From Nitrospirota bacterium (GTDB lineage: Bacteria; Nitrospirota; Thermodesulfovibrionia; Thermodesulfovibrionales; Dissulfurispiraceae): a DNA stretch of 64,000 bases. Numbering within the stretch: the stretch's first letter is position 1; every line of letters begins with the position of its first letter. Below, one piece after another: positions 19,850-28,007 of this stretch. The position numbers and the translations under genes are program-made. Where the stretch lies: the NCBI GenBank assembly GCA_037440605.1, contig JBBITU010000001.1, positions 9,016-73,015 on the forward strand. Direction: 5' to 3'. The notes under the pieces were generated by a model, which worked only from the letters and a program-made list of their open reading frames with translations, was not told where the DNA came from and made no database searches.

Positions 19850-20585
19850 GACTTTTATTATTTTCCTCTTCAGCTTTTTTGATAAATAATTTGAGGATTT
19901 TCAGACAGAGTTCATTGTCAGGCATTCTTTCCGGATGCCACTGAACGCCTACGAGAAAAGGATAACCAGTTTTATAAAAACCTTCTATGAGATTATCATC
20001 CGATAAGGCGAAAATATCCAGCCCTTCGCCGAGAGTCTTTACTGCCTGATGATGCGATGAATTGACAATATATGTAGATTCGGTTATTTCCAAACCATGT
20101 ATTTGGAAGACCCTTACATTATGCCCCATATTATCATGTTTTAATATAACGCCTCTCTGATATGACAAATCCTGATACAGACTGCCCCCAAATGCCACAT
20201 TCAATAACTGCATACCATAGCAGATTCCCAAAACAGGTTTTTGTCTCTTAATCATCTCCTTCACAAGGTTAAGCTCAAATTCAGTTCTTAATTTTGGGAT
20301 AATTTTCAAAAACTTTTTGGGAACTGAAATCTTTTCATTATAATAACACGGTGCAACATCATTCCCGCCTGACAGCAGCAATCCATCCAACAAATCGGCT
20401 ATTGAGTGAATGTAATCCCTGATAGCAGAGCTTGAGATTTTTTGAGAATCTTCAGCCTTCCCGGCAGAAACCGGACTTATGATCACAGGCAGCCCGCCTG
20501 CTGCTAATACTGCCCTTATATAATCCTTTTTTAATTTATATGTCTTTGGCGCGATATCAGATGTTATCCCTATTACAGCTTTCAT
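19839..20585 (-). CDS. class I glutamine amidotransferase / peptidase C26 (gamma-glutamyl-GABA hydrolase-like)
   Basis: Nucleophile elbow GICYGMQLL, plus HHQAV and WHPE motifs. Confidence 0.8.
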   Translation of the reverse strand: MKAVIGITSDIAPKTYKLKKDYIRAVLAAGGLPVIISPVSAGKAEDSQKISSSAIRDYIHSIADLLDGLLLSGGNDVAPCYYNEKISVPKKFLKIIPKLRTEFELNLVKEMIKRQKPVLGICYGMQLLNVAFGGSLYQDLSYQRGVILKHDNMGHNVRVFQIHGLEITESTYIVNSSHHQAVKTLGEGLDIFALSDDNLIEGFYKTGYPFLVGVQWHPERMPDNELCLKILKLFIKKAEEENNKSHAI

Positions 20586-20621
20586 AAGTTTTATTCAGGA
20601 GTGGTCAAAAGTATTATTATT

Positions 20622-20672
20622 TCAAAAAATGCAATTAGTCTATTAAAGCATTGTTGCTGTATGAGATGTTGA
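20622..20672. repeat. 5-prime fragment of family A
   Basis: AAAAAATGCAATTAGTCTATTAAAGCATTGTTGCTG parallels 33383..33420. Confidence 0.5.
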
Positions 20673-20761
20673 GATGCCTGAAACAAGTGCGGCATTCCCC
20701 GACTTGATCGGTAAATATTACCCTTCGTGCCGACTTGTCGGCATGAGGGTTTTGTTTATCT

Positions 20762-22345
20762 TCACATTAAAGCTCTTCCTGCTAAGAGACCGGTCAACTG
20801 TCCTTCACGAAGGGCTAAGGCGCCATTAACAAAGACATATTTTATACCCTCGGATTTCGTAAAAGGCTCTTTATATGATGATTTGCCCTCAATTTGATTA
20901 TAGTCAAAAATTACGATATCTGCAAAGAAGTTTTCGTTTATAACACCCCTTTCCTTAATGCCAAAGGTTTGGGCAGGAAGGGATGTTATTCGGCTTATCG
21001 CCTCAGGCAGACTCATAAGATTCTCATCCCTGACATACGCACCGATAAATCTTGGAAAAGTCCCAAATCCTCTGGGATGCGGCTTTCCTTTAAAAGTTGG
21101 TCCTGAAAAGCTTCTTGCAGAACTATCCGAGCCTATCATTACATAGGGGAGGCTGAGGAAGCGTCTGAGATTATCCTCATTCATTGTAAAGAATATCGCC
21201 CCTGCCCCTGCCTTTTCCTCAATAATTATATTAATAACCGCATCTGCAGGGCTTTTACCGATTCTATCAGCAATATCGCATATGCTTTCTCCTTCCATCC
21301 ATTTGTTTTGAGGATTACGGACTGATGAGATATAGACATTTCGCCAATATTTATCTTCCTTTGATGCTAAATCTAAGCGGATATTTTGCGACTTTTCCGG
21401 GTCTTTCAGCCGCCTTATCTCTTCATGTAAGCCGCCCGCAAATGCCCATACAGGCAAGATACTATCAAGGTCAGTGCTCGAGGCTATATAGGGATAGCTG
21501 TCGCAGGTTATTTTTACTCCTGAGTTTCTTGCATCCTCAATCAGCCTTAAAGCGCTGTCAATCTTATGCCAGTTTTCCTCTCCCGATGTCTTGATATGGG
21601 ATATATGGACATGAGTTCCAGCCTCCTTTCCAATTGTGATAACTTCCTCAATGGCTTCCAAAAGTGCGCCGCCTTCACTTCTCATATGGGTTGTGTAAAT
21701 AAAACCCCTGTCTTGTATTATTTTTTGGGAAGTGAGAACTTGCAAAATGCCTATAATCTCTTTAGAATCGGAATATATTCCGGGCGGGTAGATAAGACCT
21801 GTTGAGAGCCCGCATGCGCCCTGCGTTAGAGATTCCAAAAGGAGCGCCTTCATTTTGTCTAATGCTTCAGCCTCACACAGCACATTTTCGTAGCCAATAA
21901 CTGATGCTCTCAAATTTCCATGTCCGCACAAGGTGATAGTGTTAAGCGCTATGCCGCTGCTTTGAAGTATCTTTAGATACTCTCCAAGATTATGCCAGTT
22001 TTTGCTTATTCCAAGCTGTTCTAATTCCTGCTGTCTGTGTTCAAACGCCTTGCCATAAAGCGGAGCCGCTGATAAACCACAATTGCCATTCACCTCTGTT
22101 GTTATCCCTTGGGAGATTTTCCCTTCCGCCCTTCCATCAAGCAGTAGCATGAACTCTGAATGTGCGTGGACATCTATAAAACCAGGGGTTACATAAAGCC
22201 CGCCCGCATCAATTACTTCGGAAGCCGGCATCTCCCGGTCTCCGATGAATGCTATTCTGTCACCTGATATCCCAATATTTTGCTTGAACGGCTCGGGGTC
22301 AATGCCATTGATAATAAGTCCGTTTTTTATAAGATAATTAAACAT
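20762..22345 (-). CDS. N-acyl-D-amino-acid deacylase (D-aminoacylase), amidohydrolase superfamily
   Basis: 527 aa. N-terminal IKNGLIINGID...GFIDVHAHSE metal-binding HxH motif and a length typical of D-aminoacylases. Confidence 0.75.
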   Translation of the reverse strand: MFNYLIKNGLIINGIDPEPFKQNIGISGDRIAFIGDREMPASEVIDAGGLYVTPGFIDVHAHSEFMLLLDGRAEGKISQGITTEVNGNCGLSAAPLYGKAFEHRQQELEQLGISKNWHNLGEYLKILQSSGIALNTITLCGHGNLRASVIGYENVLCEAEALDKMKALLLESLTQGACGLSTGLIYPPGIYSDSKEIIGILQVLTSQKIIQDRGFIYTTHMRSEGGALLEAIEEVITIGKEAGTHVHISHIKTSGEENWHKIDSALRLIEDARNSGVKITCDSYPYIASSTDLDSILPVWAFAGGLHEEIRRLKDPEKSQNIRLDLASKEDKYWRNVYISSVRNPQNKWMEGESICDIADRIGKSPADAVINIIIEEKAGAGAIFFTMNEDNLRRFLSLPYVMIGSDSSARSFSGPTFKGKPHPRGFGTFPRFIGAYVRDENLMSLPEAISRITSLPAQTFGIKERGVINENFFADIVIFDYNQIEGKSSYKEPFTKSEGIKYVFVNGALALREGQLTGLLAGRALM

Positions 22346-22430
22346 TTAATTCTTGATGCATTCCTGTAGGTAATAGTTCGGTCATTTCGTCCCGTCTTTG
22401 GAAACGATGGGTTATGGTAGATTTTTTCAT

Positions 22431-22563
22431 CTAAATCGAGTCTGTTTATAAACTCGTCTTTTGTCACCCTGAGCCTGTCGAAGGGTCATGTAAATCCTTG
22501 TTTTTGCGTCATGGTTCGGCAGACTCACCGTGACAATTCGGCATTTATAAACAGACGCTAAAT
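22431..22563. repeat. family B element (core GTCACCCTGAGCCTGTCGAAGGGT...)
   Basis: CTAAATCGAGTCTGTTTATAAAC ... CATTTATAAACAGACGCTAAAT. It is colinear with 33641..33774. Confidence 0.8.
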
Positions 22564-22605
22564 AAATGAAAAAATACGAGGGTGAAAAGAAACGGTATCT
22601 CAAGT

Positions 22606-23898
22606 TTATTTCTTATGCCTTGTATATTTAGCAGGAGTGGCTCTGTTTTTTTGACTATATGGGGCGTCATCCTGAGCCATCACCCTTTGAACCGGAGACT
22701 CCGAAAAATATGACCTTATCCCTGAAATTATTGAGTTTGCAATATTTAATCTGTGAGTCTCATTAGACAGCATCTTCTCCTCAAAGGGGTTACTGATAAA
22801 ACCTACCTCCACAAGGACAGCGGGCATCTTTGCCCCAACAAGAACATAAAATAATGCCTGTTTTACTCCCCTGTTGTAATCTGCTGAATGATCAGGCAGC
22901 ACCCCTGTGACCATAGACCTCTGCACAAATCCGGCGACTTTTATAGATTCATCCCTCTTGCTTTCGCTTTCCAAAGAAGCAAGGATAATGCTTAACTCAT
23001 CCCTAAGCTTCTTCATTTCCTTGAGAGTTATTGCATTTTCCCTTGCAGCAACCTTCATAGCCTCTTCATCATCTGTCCAGTTGAGAATGTAAGTCTCAAT
23101 GCCCTGAGCCATTCTGTTATAAGAAGCATTTGCATGGATTGATATGAACATATCTGCATTTGTCCTGTTTGCTATCTCAGCCCTCTTATGAAGTGGAATA
23201 AATATGTCGGTATCTCTTGTGAGTATTACCTCATAAGAAGGATTTTCCTTTCTCATTATATCGCGCACCTTTAATGCTATATCAAGAACGACATCCTTTT
23301 CATATAGTCCGCTGTATCCGACTGCCCCGGGATCATGCCCACCGTGACCTGCATCTATGACAATTCTCCTTTTTACCGGGATGTCCTCTGTATTAGGGAC
23401 GTTAGGGATGGGCTTGTAATTGTTTTTAATTCCTGAATAAAAATCAATAACAAGCCTTGCAGGGGCTTTTTGAGCAGTTATATCGAATTTAAAGTTGCCT
23501 TCCCGCAAGTCCAGAACAATTCTTACTGTATTGGCATTATATTGTCCAAGCCTTATTCCACGAATGAAACCGTCAGAACTGGAAAAATCATTTTTTAAGC
23601 CTTTTGATATTCTGGCATTTTTAATGTCAATAAAGAGCCTTTCCGGGTTGGATAATCTGCCTTGTGTATATTCAAAAGGAGCGGACAGTTCAGCAATTAT
23701 TTTCAATGAATCAACGCCTGTATGCTTCTTGATATCTATTACCTCACTCAGCCCTTGAGAAAATGAAATAGAACATAGACAAAACACAAAGAAAACAAGC
23801 AAAAAGTAAAAGACAGAAAGAGGAGCCCGGCTTTTTGCCAAGCCTGCATCCCTGTTTCTGCCTTTGTGCTTGAGATTATATCCTAAGAAGCTTATCAT
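22606..23898 (-). CDS. amiC: N-acetylmuramoyl-L-alanine amidase with N-terminal AMIN domain
   Basis: AMIN-like region (LKIIAELSAPFEY...RLFIDIKNA...RLGQYNANTVRIVLDL) followed by Amidase_3 (VIDAGHGGHDPGA...SIHANA). Confidence 0.85.
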   Translation of the reverse strand: MISFLGYNLKHKGRNRDAGLAKSRAPLSVFYFLLVFFVFCLCSISFSQGLSEVIDIKKHTGVDSLKIIAELSAPFEYTQGRLSNPERLFIDIKNARISKGLKNDFSSSDGFIRGIRLGQYNANTVRIVLDLREGNFKFDITAQKAPARLVIDFYSGIKNNYKPIPNVPNTEDIPVKRRIVIDAGHGGHDPGAVGYSGLYEKDVVLDIALKVRDIMRKENPSYEVILTRDTDIFIPLHKRAEIANRTNADMFISIHANASYNRMAQGIETYILNWTDDEEAMKVAARENAITLKEMKKLRDELSIILASLESESKRDESIKVAGFVQRSMVTGVLPDHSADYNRGVKQALFYVLVGAKMPAVLVEVGFISNPFEEKMLSNETHRLNIANSIISGIRSYFSESPVQRVMAQDDAPYSQKNRATPAKYTRHKK

Positions 23899-24119
23899 AC
23901 CGCCTGAACAGATTTTATCTCGGGTATCTCTTTTTTGAGTGTAGCCTCAACCCATGTTTTTAGTGTTATTGTTGACATTGGACATGTCCCGCAAGCCCCC
24001 TTTAACTTCACAAATACAACATCTTCCTTTATATCAACAAGGTCAATGTCTCCTCCCTCTCTCTTAAGTCCAAATCTGACTTTGTTCAGCACCTCTAATA
24101 CCCTTTCCTTTGTAACCAT
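23895..24119 (-). CDS. NifU-like (Nfu C-terminal domain) Fe-S cluster protein
   Basis: 74 aa. GGDIDLVDI...VFVKLKGACGTCPMS motif. It has an ATGA overlap with amiC. Confidence 0.8.
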   Translation of the reverse strand: MVTKERVLEVLNKVRFGLKREGGDIDLVDIKEDVVFVKLKGACGTCPMSTITLKTWVEATLKKEIPEIKSVQAV

Positions 24120-24191
24120 GATTTTCCTCCGAATTGGTCTTATTTTTTAATAATAGCTCAAGATGGATTTTTTATCAACTACAAAAATGAA

Positions 24192-24405
24192 CCCGAATCC
24201 CGATATAGAAATTGTCATTGCGAAAGAAGTTGCGAGGCGAAGACAAAGCAAATGCGGAGCGAGATTCCTCACTTTGTTCGGAACAAGCTCCGCAATCTCA
24301 AGTGCTTACAGAGAAATTGCCATGAACTGTTCCTTCACTTCGTCCAGGATCTTCTCTCAATGACAATAAAAACAAGTCTTTAGCAAGTCTATATCGGAAT
24401 TTGGG
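24192..24405. repeat. family C element
   Basis: TIRs are CCCGAATCCCGATATAGA / TCTATATCGGAATTTGGG, bracketing GTCATTGCGA...CAATGAC hairpins. Confidence 0.7.
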
Positions 24406-24496
24406 ATGAACTGGAATTGACCTAACCCCACATTAAGGTTTGGGTCTATTTAGTGTCTGTTTATAAACTAAGATTTTTTTGTCATCTATGAAAAAG

Positions 24497-24735
24497 CTTT
24501 TGCAATAAAAAAATGCACGCTCCTTTTTTCTTGTTTTCACTCATGGAAGCGTAGAGACCCTACTTCTCTCTCGGAGCTTCTATGAGTGAAAACCCTATCC
24601 TTGTTTGTTCCTTATCTTTTTATTCAATCAGTCAGTCTCTCCTCTTTAGGTCTTATACCACTCATCTATCCGCGCCGTTATGCGCACTTTATCATTCGGT
24701 AACAGTCCCCTAATCATTCCAAGAGCCCATTATGG
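24497..24735 (-). ncRNA. candidate bridge (guide) RNA region of the IS110-family element
   Basis: About 240 nt of non-coding sequence lies 3-prime of the transposase, inside the IS. It holds a long imperfect hairpin (arms 24533..24550 and 24576..24593). It also contains short matches to the reconstructed target (ATCATTCGG at 24691, ATCATTCC at 24713) and to the IS end (TCATCTAT at 24662). Confidence 0.3.
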
Positions 24736-25779
24736 CTAGACAACTTCGAGGGCGACCGTTACTTGCTTCTTATAATATGGTCTCCTTTCCACCCATACAC
24801 TATAGATGGCATCAAGGAGCTTTCTTGCTACAGCTACTCTGGCTGTCTTTTTGCTCTTTTTATTAGCTATTCTTTCATAAAAGTCTCTTAACCAAGCATC
24901 ATTTAGCGGCGCTCTTTGAGCTGCTTCTATCATTGCCCACCTGAGCCACTTATTGCCTTGTTTCGTTATCTTTCCTTGATATGTCCTTCCTCCACTTGAA
25001 TATGTCGAAGGAACAAGCCCTGCATATGAGCAGAGTTTATTTGATGATACAAATCTATCAATATCATCTATTTCATAACGAATTGTTACTGCCAATATGT
25101 CTCCTATGCCAGGTATTGTCTTTAGTAATCTGCATATCTCATCTTCACGGCAAAGCCCCCTTATAAGGCTCTCTGCTGATTTGATCTTATTTTGTATCTC
25201 CTCAAGCAGGTCAAGATAGTTATTAAGGATTGCTGTATCATTTCCTGTTAGAACTATGTTGCGCATATACTCTTTGCCTTTCTTGCCAAATTTGTCTGTT
25301 AAGTTCTTAAAATATTTATCCTCAATATGATTCCTCGCTAATACAGAATGAACCATGTTTTTGATTTGCACTGCCATGGCAGTAAATGCTGAACGATGAC
25401 GTAAAAGGTTCTTGTGATCTCTGGTTTCAGCCGATGGAGCATAAGCCTTAGGAATAAGGTCTGCCCTTAACAGATGTGCTAATGTCTCAGAATCTATGGA
25501 GTCTGTCTTTATCCTTGCCTCAGCAATAAGTCGTGTTTTCAATGGGTGCGCCATTATCAGTTCATCTACCAGTTCAGATGCCTCATCATAAAAATACTGC
25601 CAGCCATAGCAAGCCTCCATTACCGCTTTTACTTTTTCTTTTGAAGTCTTCTGTTTAAAGTATCTCTGTATTGATTCCCTATCTGTTGAGACCTTTTCTT
25701 TGCTTAAAACTTTTCCTTTGTTGTTCATAGTTGTCGCTACAAAATATTGCTTATGATAATCAATTCCGATATACTTCAT
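24736..25779 (-). CDS. IS110-family transposase (DEDD RuvC-like N-domain plus Transposase_20 C-domain)
   Basis: MKYIGIDYHKQYFVA (first D of DEDD), IPGIGDILAV and YAGLVPSTYSSGG motifs typical of the family. The ATG at 25779 lies behind a GGAGGTG RBS. Confidence 0.9.
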   Translation of the reverse strand: MKYIGIDYHKQYFVATTMNNKGKVLSKEKVSTDRESIQRYFKQKTSKEKVKAVMEACYGWQYFYDEASELVDELIMAHPLKTRLIAEARIKTDSIDSETLAHLLRADLIPKAYAPSAETRDHKNLLRHRSAFTAMAVQIKNMVHSVLARNHIEDKYFKNLTDKFGKKGKEYMRNIVLTGNDTAILNNYLDLLEEIQNKIKSAESLIRGLCREDEICRLLKTIPGIGDILAVTIRYEIDDIDRFVSSNKLCSYAGLVPSTYSSGGRTYQGKITKQGNKWLRWAMIEAAQRAPLNDAWLRDFYERIANKKSKKTARVAVARKLLDAIYSVWVERRPYYKKQVTVALEVV

Positions 25780-26050
25780 ATGTGCACCTCCTCTTAATTT
25801 TAGGGGATAGGTCATCTATCGCCCTCTTTTTTTAACTTAGGGGTTAGTTTATACTAACGCCCTCTTTGGAGGTGCACTTTTTCATGTTAACATTCCGGCT
25901 TGCCTGCCTGTGCTTAGCATGCAGACAGGCGGGAATCTTTTCTTATTCCCCCTTAACAAAGGGGGTTAGGGGGTTGTTACAGAAGGATTCCCGACGCGCT
26001 TCGCTTGCGAGAATGACACAGAAACCGACTTTATAAACAGACTCTATTTA

Positions 26051-26279
26051 TTCACCCAAAAAGTGCAATTGAATTTTTGTGTAGCAGGCATTAATACCCT
26101 CAAACCCTTTGTATTCAACGGGATTATCTCAATGCTATGCTGCAATTTGCATAATTTGTGCTGCATAAAAATATGCAGGCAGAGATTGCAGCATAGCATG
26201 TTCAGGGGGTTTCAGGACAAAGGGTTTTCGGGCATCAAAGCCTGCTTTTTCAGGACTAAACGCACTTTTTGGGTTCACC
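26051..26279. repeat. family A MITE-like element (subfamily 2)
   Basis: TTCACCCAAAAAGTGCAATT ... GCACTTTTTGGGTTCACC. It is colinear with 4342..4597. Confidence 0.8.
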
Positions 26280-27302
26280 TCTTTTAGTCCTCAATAATCT
26301 TGTCAACTCTATTTTCAAATTTGTAGCAGGGTTAACTATATCATATTTCATTAGCGCCGAAACAATAAACATAAGATGCATAAACCTGTGTTTCAATGAT
26401 GGCATTTTATCCAAAAAAATTTTGAATTCTGCTTTTGCCTCATCAAAAAAACCATTCATAAGCATATACATGGCTTTATTATAAGGGATATACTTTTTCA
26501 TCTCTTCCCAGTTTTTTCTAAGTGTTTCCTCATCATAATAAATCCCAAGCGCATGAAGTTTTTGAGAATTTTGCAAAGCAAATTCAAGTAAAAAGTTTGT
26601 TTCATTATCAAACCATGCGGTCGGCTCGATTCTTTGTGTGAGTGAATGGGAGTGCTTGCGATAATATCCAAGACAAGCTGGAATAGGTGCGAATTTACCT
26701 TCGATAGAGAGCCTTACCCATGAAGTATAATCCTGAGCAAGTCCCTTGCCCTCTATAAACCCCCCAATATTTAGCAATGCCTTCTTTTTATACATAACAG
26801 TTGAATTGATAATAAAACAAGCTCGTTCTTCCAATAATTTTTTCAGAGCAGACCCTGCAGGGGCATTGTGAGCTATGCCGGCATTTTTGGGAATGTTTAT
26901 ATAGCTTATTTTTTTTCCATTTCTATTGATTAGCCATGCCTCGCCGTAAGATAGTATTGATTCAGAATCTTTAAGAGCATTAATTTGGAGATCCAGTTTA
27001 TTTGATGTCCAATAATCATCTCCGTCAAGAGTGGCGATAAAGCCGCCATTACACATTGCAAGGGCTTTGTTAAAGGTATGTGTGAGGGCTGCAATGCCTG
27101 CGTGTTCCTGAAAGGAATATCTTATCCTGCTGTCTTTGAACCCCTTTATAATTTCCTCTGTAGCGTCTGTTGATCCATCATTTAAAATTACCCACTCCCA
27201 GTTTTGATATGTCTGATTGAGGACGCTCTGAATCGTCTGCTCAATATAGGGAGCTTGATTATATACAGGGGTTAAAATGCTTATAAGCGGTTTTTTGTTC
27301 AT
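26256..27302 (-). CDS. family 2 glycosyltransferase
   Basis: N-terminal ISILTPVYNQAPYIEQTIQSVLNQTY and DGDD motifs. The last 7 codons and the stop lie inside repeat A. Confidence 0.85.
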   Translation of the reverse strand: MNKKPLISILTPVYNQAPYIEQTIQSVLNQTYQNWEWVILNDGSTDATEEIIKGFKDSRIRYSFQEHAGIAALTHTFNKALAMCNGGFIATLDGDDYWTSNKLDLQINALKDSESILSYGEAWLINRNGKKISYINIPKNAGIAHNAPAGSALKKLLEERACFIINSTVMYKKKALLNIGGFIEGKGLAQDYTSWVRLSIEGKFAPIPACLGYYRKHSHSLTQRIEPTAWFDNETNFLLEFALQNSQKLHALGIYYDEETLRKNWEEMKKYIPYNKAMYMLMNGFFDEAKAEFKIFLDKMPSLKHRFMHLMFIVSALMKYDIVNPATNLKIELTRLLRTKRGEPKKCV

Positions 27303-27322
27303 TTATCAACTATATTATAAAT

Positions 27323-27488
27323 CCCAAATCCCGATTTAGAAATTGTCATTGCGAACCGGAGCGAAGCGAATGGGAAGCAATGACAATTTCTAACAGTAAA
27401 GATTGCCACAAACTGTTCCTTCATTTCGTTCAGGATGTTCTCGCAATGACAGCAAAGACAAGCTGTTAGCATGTCTAAATCGGGATTT
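27323..27488. repeat. family C element
   Basis: CCCAAATCCCGATTTAGAAATTGTCATTGCGAA ... GCAATGAC ... TCTAAATCGGGATTT. Confidence 0.7.
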
Positions 27489-27515
27489 AGATAAATTATA
27501 ACCCTTGCTTTTTTT

Positions 27516-27602
27516 GTCATTTCCGTGTAAACGGGAATCCAGTAATTCTAATAAAATCTGGATTCCTGCTTCCTTAAAATTCTTATTTATAAACAGGCTC
27601 TA
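27516..27602. repeat. family B fragment (right half)
   Basis: GTCATTTCCGTGTAAACGGGAATCCAG ... TATTTATAAACAGGCTCTA. Confidence 0.55.
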
Positions 27603-27624
27603 TATAGTATAATAAACTTTTCCT

Positions 27625-27767
27625 AATTAGAGTCTGTTTATAAATTACGACTATTCACCCTCCCCCAACTCCTCCCGTCAAGGGAGGGGCTTATTTAACA
27701 ACCCTCTCCCCTTGCGGGAGAGGGCAGGGGTGAGGGGGATTTTATAGTTTATAAACAGACACTAATT
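27625..27767. repeat. family B element (G-rich double-hairpin core)
   Basis: AATTAGAGTCTGTTTATAAATTACG ... TAGTTTATAAACAGACACTAATT. It is near-identical in layout to 17441..17602. Confidence 0.85.
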
Positions 27768-28007
27768 AGTATTTAATATTCTCCCTATAAAACCCTAATG
27801 TTGATTAAAGAGACGAGAAATCAGTGAGAAACTTCTTGCTATAGCTGAAACATAAAATAAGGTTAAAACCTGCTCCATTTAGAAAAAAGTTTTATTCACT
27901 TTTGTATGCCAAATCATAATCGTGTCTTTTTGCCGACTGGGCAAGGGGATATTGACTTTTAACATCGCTGAATCAATTAGAATAAATAATTTCAGAGTTA
28001 TAAACAA

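Larger units (their letters stand above)
24486..25893 (-). mobile_element. IS110-family insertion sequence, IS1111-like architecture (~1.4 kb)
   Basis: Single DEDD-type transposase ORF. Subterminal 9-bp inverted repeat ATGAAAAAG (24488..24496) / CTTTTTCAT (25877..25885). Removing the segment restores the hairpin GTCATTCCGGCTTGCC. Boundaries are +-3 bp because CAT/AT is shared at both junctions. Confidence 0.7.
24451..26046. repeat. family B element interrupted by an IS
   Basis: The left TIR TAGTGTCTGTTTATAAAC is at 24451 and the right TIR TTTATAAACAGACTCTA ends at 26046. The core hairpin GTCAT|TCCGGCTTGCC...GGCGGGAAT is split by the IS at 24486..25893. Confidence 0.65.
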
